A DNA stretch of 63,737 nt, the filler included, from Choristocarpus tenellus KU-1152 (taxonomy: Eukaryota; Protista; Phaeophyceae): assembly GCA_964200185.2 (NCBI GenBank). It is 11 parts of 11 records of this genome, joined end to end, with 100 filler letters (N's around TTAATTAATTAA, not from the genome) between each part and the next. Parts side by side here need not be neighbours in the genome. Positions count along the whole stretch, not along the records: positions 50,270 to 54,156 come from CAXNAD020017353.1; positions 54,257 to 58,438 come from CAXNAD020015814.1; positions 58,539 to 61,095 come from CAXNAD020026808.1; positions 61,196 to 63,737 come from CAXNAD020026910.1; 7 more parts are not named here. One strand, given 5' to 3'. This document shows positions 51,428 through 63,737 of the stretch, one piece after another. The position numbers and the translations under genes are program-made. A model generated the notes under the pieces. The model was not told the DNA's origin and did not search any database. It saw only the letters and a list, made by a program, of their open reading frames with translations. How positions within the stretch are numbered: position 1 is the first letter of the stretch; every line of letters begins with the position of its first letter.

Positions 51428-52624
51428 TTGTTTGTTAGGGTGTACACATAATTTGTAGATAAGTCTGTCGCCATTTTATCAACATGTATCAATGATTTGT
51501 TTGTACGGGTGGAGAGAAGATGGTTGTGTATGACCCATAATATCCTAGACGGGGGTTCTGGGGTACATTCGGAGCCTGTGAGAACCTGCAGTGATTTTCA
51601 TGTCATCTGAGTGAATATGTCATACATAAGGACGATTTCCTTCATCTGAACGAACCTTTCTTTTCCACCTCCCTGCCTGAATCAAATCCAAAGAAAATTC
51701 ACTCGCAAAATGGGCATCAAACTGGGGTATCTAGCAACACCCCATCAAGCCCAGAATGGACAGCCTAGGCTGAACACCCCCCCTCCAAGATACTATGGTA
51801 CTATGTTGATTGCCCCTAGCTCATTTTCACGTGTAAATAGTATAGAACATTTGAGTTCAAAATTTGCGTTGAGCCAAACCAATCGAGAGGTAGACAGGTA
51901 TCAACCCCCTTGCATTCTAAGCCATCTTTCTTACCCCGTACAATACTCTATTTCATCACTTTTCGTGCACAATAGTGTACTCGAATTGATATTGCCCCCT
52001 TCTACACACAAAGTGACACCACAATAAGCAAAGACTCTTTCTACAACTATACAAAAACGGTGTCTCTTTTTACTTTTTTGGGATCCTTAAAATGCCTTGG
52101 CTACCTCTCCATTGGTTTTGCTTGTTGTGGTTGAATATCTTTTACTATGGTAGTATAAGTATTATCACCCCCTTTCCTAAACGGGGATGTCGTGGAAGCC
52201 CCAGAAATGTACTGTGCAACGTGATATCTCTAGCGTGTCATGACCCTAGTGTGTCATGTCCCCTGGTTCGATACCTGTTGGGGTCGCCCTCAACTTTTCT
52301 GAGTTGGGAAACATTTACCCATATACCGATCGGTGGTCAGTGGTCGCATATCGCGTATCAGTACAACAGTTCCTGTGCTAAAATATGTAATATGGTGACC
52401 ACTGTTACTTCTTTAGGGATTTTTCAGACATGTGAATAGTTTTCATTAGTTTTTCCCCTCCCACACCTACAAAATGTCAGAGGGCATAAAAATATAATTA
52501 TATATATAATATTATATATAAGATATGTACAAATATTTGTCGGTTCATCCTCTACAAAATGTGTAAAAATATTTTTCGTACCACTCGCCCGTCTATTAAA
52601 CATATACAAAGCTCCTAAGATATT

Positions 52625-53120
52625 GATGGGTGCAGGAATAGGTAGATTGGAGGTACAGGAAGGCAGTGGTACAACATAGATAGTAGTGAAATAACAAATA
52701 GATTAGTGTTTTTCTCATTTGTGACAACTTTGACTTCTTTAGGGTTTATACTGACATGTGAATAGCTTTCATTGATTTTTCCCCTGACACACATTTGGAA
52801 AATGTCCGAGGGCATAGTAATAAAATATTGAATTTGAACTTTTCATTGGTTTTTCCCTTGACACATCAGCAAAATGTCAGAGACCATTAAAACATATGAA
52901 TGAACATGTACAGTTTTTTTTGTGATTATTACACCCTCTGACATTTTTCAGATGTGTCAGGGGAAAAATCTACAAAAACTATTCACATGTCAGAATAAAC
53001 CCTAAAAAATTAACAGTTGTCATAAATGTGAAAAACATTAATCTATTCACTATTTGACTACCGGTTATGCTGCACCAATCCCTTCCTGTACCTCTAACCT
53101 AGCTTAGTCCTGTACTCCAG
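52625..53120. repeat. Fold-back element with ~200-bp inverted arms, plus a direct copy of one arm at 52410-52490
   Basis: GAGGTACAGGAAGG vs CCTTCCTGTACCTC; TTTAGGGTTTAT.CTGACATGTGAATAG vs CTATTCACATGTCAGAATAAACCCTAAA; TTTTTCCCCTGACAC vs GTGTCAGGGGAAAAA. Confidence 0.8.
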
Positions 53121-54518
53121 GGTGAGGGGCTAGCGAGGCACCCCACGAATCTAACAAGCCGCTCCTTGCCCATCTCCCTGGTGTCTCCGGCTTAAAGCGC
53201 ATGACTCGTCTGGATAGGACTACTGTGTTGTGACATAAATTATCTGTCGTAGACGGGATTTGACGGTGACGGTCCCCTTCCTGCTATACCCTCCTGTCCC
53301 TCTCCCCCCTACTGCGTGCGTAGCTAGCTCATCCAGAAAACTTTCTGCTTGCTTGCCGAGGAGCCCAAACCTTCCACCGGAAAGGTGTTGAGGTTATAAC
53401 TACGCAATATTTGTTGCGGTACCATTCATCCTCTACGAAACGTGTACAATTGATTCAGTGGTAGAAGTAAGTTGAGTTGAATCCCTACCTAATAATTTGT
53501 GGCTGTAAGGACAAATTGTACAAATCATAACCTCTGATTTGTCAACATCTCACCAGGTTGTTGGAAGATTTGTCTCTTATCTCTCTTGGCAAGAAAAATG
53601 GGTACAAATGATTTGGAACCCACAATTGTCAAATGAAAGAGTTAATTCCCAAATCTTTGATTTGTGAGGATGTGCCCCAACTTGCACTACTCAGATTTAT
53701 GACAGGAACTGTCATTGATTTGTACGCCACAAATCGGATTTGATTTGTCCAACGCGCGAAATGTAAAAGTAGTCCAAAGAAAGCACACTTGGCAAAGACC
53801 ACAAAAGAAAAGAAGGGGTAGAAAAGAAAGAAAATAATGAAAAAGAAGAATAGAACCTGCGGGAGAAAAACATTATGTGAAACAGGCGGAAACAAGCCAA
53901 CAGGTTCTTCGAAATGAAGGGGAGCGGGAAGACCCACAAGAGGACAGATCAAAGAGAGACAAAGACAAAGAGGGAGAGCAATCCCTCAGAAGATCACTCA
54001 GGAAAAGAGTAAACAAGTGGAAAAGTGAAGGAGGAGGGTTTGGTAAGGTCACTCAAACCACCCAATCTTACTTCAAGCAGATGTTACCTTCAACATGCAA
54101 AAACAAATGTCACATGAATATCATGATGTTCAAGATAGGTCACCTTCAGGGTATACNNNNNNNNNNNNNNNNNNNNNNNNNNNNNNNNNNNNNNNNNNNN
54201 TTAATTAATTAANNNNNNNNNNNNNNNNNNNNNNNNNNNNNNNNNNNNNNNNNNNNCCCCCGCGGTCAAAGTTTTTGAAAATGCATCGTCACAACTTGTG
54301 CTGCTTGATCAGATGGTGATGTAGAGAGTCTTCTCACCCCCTCCTTTCGCTTATCGATTGTTTAGACCTTGGTTTAGACCTTGGTTTAGACCTTGGTTTA
54401 GGCATACCTTTCTGGTCCTTGTATGGTGCTGTTGTGGCAATCACGACCACGAAATGGGTCTCCCTGTCCCCTTTGACCATGTCTTGGATATTGCTCGATT
54501 TCCCCCCACCTTTCACAG

Positions 54519-54675
54519 ACTTGTATGGAGGCGAGGACAGGTACAGCTCTGGTGGGGGTTACTCTGGTGGCGGGGGCGGCTACAGCGACCGTGGAGGTGG
54601 CAGTGGAGGCTACGGGGGTAGTGGTGGAGGCGGTGGTTACAGTGATACTCCAAGTCGTTCATCGGAGAGCTACAG
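54519..54675 (+). CDS. Isolated Gly/Ser/Tyr-rich exon of an unidentified gene
   Basis: Pyrimidine tract + CAG acceptor and AG|GTCAG donor; encodes LYGGEDRYSSGGGYSGGGGGYSDRGGGSGGYGG...SESY. Confidence 0.6.
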
Positions 54676-57600
54676 GTCAGTGTATTTCTGCCTTCTGGTA
54701 TGGAATTCTTGGACGGTGTATGTGCAGTGTTTTCCGTGAAGAATCTAGTAAAGGATAGGTAGGGGTACTGCGAAGGACCTTTCCTTGAAATTTCTGCAGG
54801 CAACCTTTTTCTTTAGTAAGACTGGAAAGGTGCATGGGGGTATTGTGTGTTTGTTCGAAGTATGTGTGTTGTTGGAATGTTATTCAGAGTTAAAAAAAAA
54901 AAAAGAAGGGGCTTGAGAATTAATTTCTGTCAAGTTTTCTGGGGGCAATCTCTTTTTGGTCAAGGTTGGAAAGGCGCATGGGGGTATTGTGTATTTGTTC
55001 GAAGTATGTGTGTATAGAATATTCATGGAATGTTACTCAAGAGTTTTTTTTTTTAAAATAGGACTCGAGAACGAGAAGTTCCCATTGTAGAAGGTCCGTC
55101 TAAGAGGATTACCCCTTTGTTCTTTAGCTGCGAAAAGGTAGGGTTTGGATTAGAGTTAGGGCTATTTATTGGCTCACCCTGACCCAAGGCCTCAGCCCTT
55201 GGCGAGTATACAGCAAAGCGCTGCAGGGGGCAGTAGGTCTAAATCAGGTTGGGAGGTGGTGTATACGAGTGATTTGATTTTAAAAAATCGTGCGTGTGCG
55301 CGCAACACGGTGTTGCGTCTGCTCGCAGTGAGTGCTAAAAGCGGTGACATGTCATGAGCAGGGTATTGGGTTGGAGTTGCACAGGGGACAGATGGCTTTC
55401 CTGCAATTTTGAACTCCGTGCTCTGCGTGTGTCTTGCCACTCCACCAGCTGTTGTGTCTGTGTACTGTGTACAGTTCGGCTGTGCTTTTTTTGTCCATGT
55501 AGTTGGTTTGTTTCCAACGCTGCAGATGGATTTTTTTTAATAGGAAACGATTCGGTGCCATTTAAAAAAAAAATCTGTTGTTTTATTCCTGTGTTACACT
55601 AGCACGTATTATTGTTCCTATTTTTTATATGTTGGGAGTATTATTCATTGTGTTGTATGCAAAATGTGTGTAAATAAATGTGAGGCCTAGTCTTGAAAAG
55701 TGTGAAAGGAAAATTCAGGTCGTTGTAAATATTACAGTTAAAATTGTGCTCTTGAAGTATAAAATTAGAAGGGTTGAAATGGATTTATATGGATTTATAT
55801 GGATTCAGCCTCCTGATTGGTCGACTGTACTTGAATTTCATTGAGCTCACCAGACTGCCCAAAGTAGTTCTGTTTAGTTGTAGGAGTTCAAAATAAACCG
55901 ACCAATTAGAAAGACTGAATTAATTACGTTGATGTCTAACAATGTATGTATATCAATATGTTGATTTTATACAATTGTAGTAGATATAATTTGTAACGGC
56001 CTGACTCTTTTTTGTTCTTTTAAAAAAAAGACTGGGCTTGAGATGAGATATGGTTTTCGTTTTTTGAGCTCATCCGCCATTCCTATTGAGAAATTTGATG
56101 TACTTGTCTGTACAGTAACACCAACGGTCATCCATGTTTGGTGTCGCTGGGTGTACTCCCTCTATAGACATTGAAGTCCTCTCTTTGAACTTAGGGTTAG
56201 GGTTAGCAGTTGCACTGGTGCGGGACGAGCCTCTCCCCTTCCTGAAGCGAGATACTGCTCAAATCTTTTAAGAATGATGTAGCTGACACCAAACTCACAA
56301 CCCTCACAGCAATTTATGAAATTGTCTCAAAATGTTTTGGAGCAACTGCAGTAGATGAAAAAGTTGTACTGGAGAGTATATCGATGTACTCAAGAGGAAC
56401 AGTCAGGCGTATGTATGTCCTTCTACACATGGACTATTGTTTCTGTTGCTTAACCACGGGTTTGCCAGATCAGAGATGAGATGGCAAGGTGGATCAACAT
56501 TAAGTACTATAATAGTCTGTAGCTTGTGCCCCAGGCATGTGAACCCTTGGCATAACTTTTGGTTCTTAGGTGGGCAGTGTAATTATTGCAATGGTTTGGT
56601 TCGTGGTTGATGCCTTTGATTTATTGAATCTTCAAGGAATCTAGGGTTTGGTGGTGAAGTGTCACCAGGCATGTTAAGCCCTATATGAAAAATAGTATTT
56701 GTGAAACCAAAGAGAAGCCAGATATGTGTGGTTTGAGGTATGAAGCGGAATGAACGATATTGTTTTTTCAAGTCAGATAGTCAGCTCAAGCCAACAGCTT
56801 CCAGCTGACTGGTTTGAACCTATTCAAACAACTTCTTTTGGTATTGATGTTTTCCTTGGTCTGTCCCTATCTTTTGACAATTTTATGTATTATGTATGTT
56901 TGTTGGGCTACATGTTCTACTTCTTTTGAAATGAATGTATAGTCCTTGGTCCTGTAGGTATGGAGACTTCAAGTGGGTCAGAGTATCTGAGGGGGGGTGC
57001 CGGCGTCCGTTTTTGACCCTGTATTAGGTACAGTATTTAGTCAAATAGTGAAAGGTTCTTTGTTGTTGTGCAACTGAGAGCAATTTTTTTAATCTTGTTC
57101 GCTGCGTTTTTTATTTCTTCTTTTATGTTCCCCGACAAAGCCTACACAACGTTACCAGTAGTCATGTAGTGTGACATTAATTTTTTTCACATTTTTCCTT
57201 TTTTTTTTGTCTGTCGGAGATGTGTACTATTGACATTGACCGTATAATATCCGGAAGAACTTTGAACAGCACATCCTGCAGGAGAGAAGAGTGGGTTTGG
57301 TGGGTGTTCCAGAACACCTGCGAGGCGCTGGATGTGTGTAGTGAGTAATGGTGTAACTGAAGAACTGGTCTTGAACTGTCCTCTGAGCAGTAACTGTACC
57401 ACCCCTTCAAGTAAACCGCTTATCATCCTCTTTTTCTTTGCAGAAGGGCACTGGCTGGTCTACTTTAAAAATCCTCCCCCCCTCAAAAAAAAAGAAAAAA
57501 ATATCTATTTTATATTACGAGAATATTTATGATTCAACTGTATCAAAGATAATTGGCAAGGAAGGTTCGAGGGGTGATTTTCAGTTGTGTAATTTCTTGT

Positions 57601-58538
57601 TCCTGTAGTTTGCGTTTGCTTGCGGTGCTCAGCGATTTGCTCGCAGTTGATTCAAACCAAACGTGCGCCAGAAATTTCTCCGCTGATTTTGTTTGTGCTC
57701 TCACCAAACCTTTCAATTCGGAAAGGTAGAGATGTAGTCTACTATTGGGTTGGGTGTATTTGAAATTTATAATAAAAGAGAAAAAGGATACGAGGGTTGC
57801 TCGAGCAAGGTTTTTATTTTTTTATTTAAGCCTTGCTTGGTTTCACTTCTTGTTTATTTCCTGCATGAATTGGAGGCTCTTTTTCTTCTATTTTTACCAA
57901 TTTGTTCTGCTGGTTTATCAATTTCTCTTCCTTCCACGAACTATGTTACTAGCTACCACGCCAAGGAGGATCAGAGAGGATAGGATGACCCACTTCCGGG
58001 ACCGGCTCTTTTGCACAGTGTGTTGATTGGACTTACTTACTCCCCACGTAGAATATATATTTTTTATTTTTTATTTGCTCACTTGGTATTTTGTCCAGGT
58101 TCTACTGCTTGTCACCCCAGAGGTGTTGAAAGCGAGCCAGTTATACATGGTCTTGTCAGTTCCCCGTTGTTACCCCCTACCTGTGTTCTAATGTTCTGAA
58201 TTCCCTTTTTCTCCCTCCAAACGGTGATTCCTCCAGTGTTCTATCCTTCCACATTGCTGAGTTTTCTTAACTTTTTTATAGCCCTTCTTCTGATGAGCTG
58301 ACGCCTTCAGGTCGTTTATGTTTCTTGAGTTGGAGCCGCATTTCATGTTTGAAGCACGGAAAAAAAAAAAAATTAATTTTTTTTTTTATAGAGCGAGTGG
58401 TCCAGGAGGGGGGTGGGGGGTGGGGAGATCGGAAGAACNNNNNNNNNNNNNNNNNNNNNNNNNNNNNNNNNNNNNNNNNNNNTTAATTAATTAANNNNNN
58501 NNNNNNNNNNNNNNNNNNNNNNNNNNNNNNNNNNNNNN

Positions 58539-60107
58539 GGAGGGAGTGGCGGCGACCGTGGCTTCTGCTGCATCATTCTCACAGGAAGCATTCTTGGTGG
58601 ACGAAGCAGGGGAGGGGGACCAGGGTGGGGGACCAGGGAGTGTTACAGTAGCTTCTGCTGCTGATGCAAAGGCCTCCCATCCTGCTAGATATCCCTCTTC
58701 CCCAGTGTGCTTGGCACCATCATTGTCTGGGGTAACAGTCATAGGTGCCAACAATATTGCGGCAGTGGCCCATGGTGCAGCTGTCGTCCAGGGTGCACCG
58801 TCACCTGGACTGGCGACGGCACCTGCTCCGTGGGCGGTAACTACATCTACTCATCGTCTTACCCGGGCGAGGGCATGGGCTTATCTGCTAACACGTGCCA
58901 CGAAGGCGGTTGCTCACTCGAGACTTCAAAGGGAATCATTTGCCTTCTTGCAGGCTAAGGGAGTAGAGGCAAAGGCTGTAATGGCAGCGCTTGCAGTGGG
59001 GAAGGCAGCTGCACGGAATTCGATCAATCGTGGCTCAGCGATAGGTGCAGGCGTGGGGGCAGTGGTGGACGGGGGGGTGGGGGGAGGGGTGGTGAAAAAC
59101 TCGAAGGAGTTAGTTAAGGGTTCAAGTAAAGCAGCAGTAGAGGCAGCCGCTAAGAAAAAGAAGAGGTCGACTGCAGCTGCCATGGTGGCAGCAGCTCCGT
59201 CGGTGGATGAGGCTGAGACTGAGGTGAAGAAATGGAGTAAGGCTAGCAAGAATATACTGGGAAAGGAGACTGGAGTAGGGAATGCAGAAAAATCAAAGGC
59301 GACTGTGGAGGGAGGTCTGGGAGGTTTGCTGCAGAAAGATGCGTTACTGAGGTGTGTTTTGGGGCATTCAACTGTGGTCTGGGGGGTAGAGGGGGAGGGG
59401 GGTGCTGGATCTGGTTTAATCTTTGGGGCAAGTTCGAACATGTAAACAGTTTTTTTCGGGCTTCAGTTTTACCAGACAGACTAGCTATCATGCTGTAGTT
59501 GTCAGGGGTCCGTACGGTAAGACCAAAACCTGACATATGTACCGGTAACTACTAGGTTTAGTTGGTTATGTTCAACTAAATTAAGAGTAATTCTCTGTAG
59601 CAGAGGATGTGATAATTCTAATTCAAGTGTTTGTTTGGTAGGTCTCTTCATCACTACAACGACTGATCCTCAATCGAGGGTTTTTTATGTATGCATGCTA
59701 GTTCTCAGAAGCAAACCTCCCCGCATACTTTTTGAAATGATGCTGGAAAGAGGAAGTATCCTTGCACCAAGTGCTACGCCATTACTCACAAGGCTAGAGT
59801 GTATATGTCTGACATTAATTGCTCAAAGTACGAACTTTATTGTCTAACTCACACTATCTATGTAACTGCTGTGCAAGCTTCGATCGTAGCTCTAGGTAAT
59901 AAAAAGGCTTGCCTGCCCCCCGACAATATATGGTTGCTACAGTCTTATTTCTTTTCATGAGGAAGGCAGTCCATGCCCCCCCTCCCCCCCCAAAAGGCGA
60001 AAGAATGAGGTGCGAATTTCACTGGAGTCCTATTAGTTGTTTGATAATACAACTCATCAGTTGTTCTTGAAGATCAAAATATGGCGTGAATGAGTGTATA
60101 TGTGTGC

Positions 60108-60142
<35 letters not shown>

Positions 60143-60442
60143 GGGTGAAAATCACTGTGTGAACGGCAACATTTACATCATTAGCATGTAGCTTGTTTGT
60201 GACATGTTGAGCCAATAGCACGCATTTACCCTGCAACGATTTCCTACCCTTGTCAATCTCTACCTTGCTCCACAGTATATCCCTTTTTGCCTGCTCGCAG
60301 CATTTGTTTTGGTTTTGAGGAACCTTTGGACTGGAGTTGGCCTCTTACATTGAGTTTCTCAATCTTTTTGGGCAACAAAGATGTAGTTCCCGTGTCCTTA
60401 ATATCTGTATGATAAATACATGGGACTACAATTGTTGTGCTG

Positions 60443-60481
<39 letters not shown>

Positions 60482-61044
60482 CTAGGTTGGACCTGGCCCT
60501 CACAGGCGTCCCCCCCAAGCAGTCCCGAAAGAATGTATCTCCCCCGAGGATGTGCAGGGCGTTGACCCAGCCCCTTCATCATTCTGGGCACTGGGCATGG
60601 AAGGAAGATGGCATACCAACAGTGGGGGATGGGGGAACACCGAATAGCCTTATGATGGACTCTGAGGAAGAACTTGGACTTCGAGATGACAGGGTGGGTA
60701 CACCTGCTCTTGACAGGGATAGTTATAGTGGTGCAGAGCTCAGCCCAACAAGTGTGACCAGCAAGGGGAGCAGGAGTGGGGTTGCCCGGGAGGCGTTTTC
60801 AACGCCAGTGCATTCGGGGAGTGGGATAGTGAAAGGAGGGAAGGTTGGGTCTGGAGTTAAGGGGGGGGTGTTGAGGGAGGTAGAGAGGAGGGAGTGGGCT
60901 GGGGCGGTACCCGGGGCAGGGCTGGAGGGGCTAGTGAAGAGTGGGGCAGATGCAGGGGGAGGGATAGGAGTAACAAGCGTGTGGGCGTTTGGTCGTCCGT
61001 GGACAGATGAGGGATCAAGCGAGGACATGCTCACACTGGTCAAG
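58539..61044 (+). CDS. Two exons of an unidentified low-complexity (Ala/Gly/Lys-rich) protein; partial
   Basis: Open frame 58539-59351 ends AG|GTGTG and joins in phase to exon 60486-61044 (TCTAG acceptor, AAG|GTGGGT donor). Coding-like composition and an NLS-like KKKKRS. Confidence 0.6.
60109..60140. repeat. (AG)n microsatellite
   Basis: Pure dinucleotide run in the intron. Confidence 0.9.
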
Positions 61045-63737
61045 GTGGGTTGGGTGGGGCTTTGGGTTGTTTGAGGGTGGAAACTAGGCAGGGGGNNNNN
61101 NNNNNNNNNNNNNNNNNNNNNNNNNNNNNNNNNNNNNNNTTAATTAATTAANNNNNNNNNNNNNNNNNNNNNNNNNNNNNNNNNNNNNNNNNNNNAGCTC
61201 AGATACGGCTGACCCTTGGAACGATGTGCCAATTACTTTAAAACCAGCCTTTTGATAAGATGCAGCATTAGCGACGGTTATCATAGTGAACAAATCATGT
61301 CTAATCTTACGCTGCAATCTTTGATCCTGGGTCTTTGTTATTATTTTGTTTTTGTATCTTGCGCTGTACTAATGCGCCTATTTGATGAATATTATGCGCT
61401 ACTACTGACATAGATACATATTTCTTAAAACCCTCTATGCCTCTATCAGGACAACGATCTAATGCTATATCATCAATGATTACTTGAAGCCCATGGCACT
61501 TAAATACAAAACAAACCCGATGTGCTCCACACCTAGGTGTAGGGGTGCAAAAGTCAGTTCAACCGTTGACAGGTACGTTGTGTGGACGAGGCTATCCGAA
61601 AGTCTTCGGATTGTACTGACATACGACCTTTTTGGGCTCCCATCACATCAAGGGGCTGTCAGATGTCTGGAAGCAGTACTGTTAAAGACGACCTGGAAAC
61701 ATGAGCTCACAGAAGTACACGTTCCAGAGACCTCATTCTTGGTCAACGCCATCAAAGTGATAAAATGCCAGTAATCAAAAGATGAAGGGAGAGCGGAGGC
61801 TGCAAGACATCACCACGGTTCTCCCAAAGAAGTCCATCCATGTCCAAGTCAGTAAGTAGTGTGTCCTTTTGTCTCAAACGTCTTTAACCCGATGACTGCC
61901 AGGAATTGTTGCAAGTAATATTTGGTTGCAGTAGTTGTAGAAACAGAAGGTATTGAATATGCATGTACACATAAATAACGTACGAGAATATGAACATGTA
62001 TGACTATATCTTACGTACCCTGCGTTTATTATGTGCCCACCAAGGCGTTCGAAACCCCTCTTGGTGAGGCATTTCTCTCATGCACTCGTAACTTGACACA
62101 GTGTCGTTGTCCGGTACAATCTGATAGAATACGCCTTCGTAGCATGCGTGGAGGAGAGTGCGCATACTGGGGTAATGAACTCTCAGAGAAAGCCTACAAA
62201 TCGGGCGTCTTTTCTTCTTGATGTGTGCATACATATTTAAGATATATGAGCAAAACCCGATTTTACATATAATATGTAGAGAAATAACCTCATGTTTTTG
62301 ACCTCTTATTATTAGGTGTCAAATCTAATAATTAATTCATTTTTATTTCTTCCAAGACATGCTTGTTTTTTACACGATGTAGGAACACACTCCCAAAGTC
62401 TTCGATCATCGGTGCCACATTTATTTCCCAATTTCCTATTTCAGTTCATGGATAACATAGTATGCACTGGTGATCGCCTGCAACAGAAGTGCACTCTGCC
62501 TCGAAAAAAGTAATTAGCATATTTCTATGTTATTTTTTGTGAGGAAGAACACACTTCCATACACTCATCGACAGATACGCAGATCTTTCCTCTTACCTTT
62601 CTACGCGCTAAGAACATGTGTTCCGAAGAACTTAAAACGGAAATTAGACCATAGCGATTTTTTGTGTTGTTTGAAAAGAATTTACAAACTCCTCTCTTTC
62701 ATAATTGAGCGACAATACCAACCTTAGCCCTTGACGAAATGTGTCAAGTATCATGTCAGGGTAGCATTGAGTATTTACTGCTACAATCGAACAACACCTT
62801 CTCCATGCAACAAGTATATACTCGGTTAACCAAGTAGCTTATAATGTCCAAGTTGGAGTCAACGACCTGGCACAACAACCCGATACGAGATCTATATTCT
62901 TGACAGGGGAGTAATCCTACTACTAGCATAGAGTGAAGAGTAGTTCACAGGTTATTCTGTGTAATCAGGTAATGAGGCTGACCATTCTAGAGACCTGAGT
63001 CTTATAATCAACCCCCGGGTCAACTCGACACAGTATACTCCTGTAGTAGTAGTAGGAGTAGATTTTTAATTAACATGACCCCTACAACCCTACAAGTCGA
63101 ACCACCCGCGGAAAAAGCGCCAAGCATTCATTGAATGGGAAGGAGGTATCAAGTTAAGGCCTCTGACCACCAAGTTTGGGAGGGCAGGTCAAACTGACAT
63201 ACTTCTATGATTATAACTTCTCTTTACTCAGTCTAGGAACTATTCCACGCCCATGACCAGAGCCATTAGACACCATGCAAATTCCTGCATACGTACTATA
63301 TAACTGTTGCACTATGATAAATTGCCCTGCCATCATTCGTGCGTTGCTTCTTGTGTATTGCATTCAGTCATCCAGTCTACTCATCGCTCCACCTCCTCCC
63401 TTAAATCTTGTTCTGGACTTTTGCTTGGCTATGAAGTCTTGACAATTTGTTATTAGTCTGGCGTTCTATTGGTATAGAGACAGAAATTATCATAGAGGTT
63501 GGTGTACAATCCATCGTGCTTGCCATGCGAAGTTTGAATATTCAAAAACAGATTTCGATGTAATCTTATACCAATTAGGTACAAGGATCATAACATAAAC
63601 TGCATCGGAGAGGTTCACATTTGTTTGGAATAACGTGTGTATTATTAACAACATAATTAAGAACTATACTTAGAAGTCCGGGTGGTTTAGGTGGTGAGAT
63701 TGGACCAAAGTATCTTGGGGGGGGGGGGGTCTAAAAC

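Noticed and set aside
58290-58325. Hammerhead ribozyme core (CTGATGAG + small stem)
   Set aside because: The required GAAA after stem II is absent.
61640-62200. Possible three-exon 3' end of a minus-strand gene (LSLRVHYPSMRTLL...WTHYLLTWTWMDFFGRTV...)
   Set aside because: Splice sites are plausible but weak and the product is unrecognisable; not enough support to call.

Overview
Eukaryotic, intron-rich DNA, most likely from a brown alga (Phaeophyceae) or a close relative. Support for this is an alginate mannuronan C5-epimerase gene, TTAGGG telomere-type motifs and flagellar genes. The window is not one locus: it is 11 short contigs joined by artificial 100-bp spacers (44 N + TTAATTAATTAA + 44 N), so adjacency across spacers means nothing. 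Splicing exons by hand gave three complete genes: a 9-exon secreted mannuronan C5-epimerase (488 aa), a 5-exon ARL6/BBS3-like GTPase (190 aa) and a 9-exon ZIFL-type MFS transporter (596 aa). It also gave a 5'-truncated gene fusing a GT4-type glycosyltransferase to a bacterial-type CDP-alcohol phosphotransferase, radial spoke protein 3 (3'-truncated, head-to-head with the ARL6-like gene), a probable USP7/UBP12 fragment and orphan exons. The rest is transposon debris: a decayed Ty1/copia element, two DD39D-type mariner relics, long fold-backs and MITE subfamilies sharing CAAAGTATCT termini, two copies with 4-bp target-site duplications. The best leads are the glycosyltransferase/phosphotransferase fusion, the divergent ciliary gene pair and the MITE group with its possible autonomous partner. 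All calls come from reading motifs by eye; no database searches were run.
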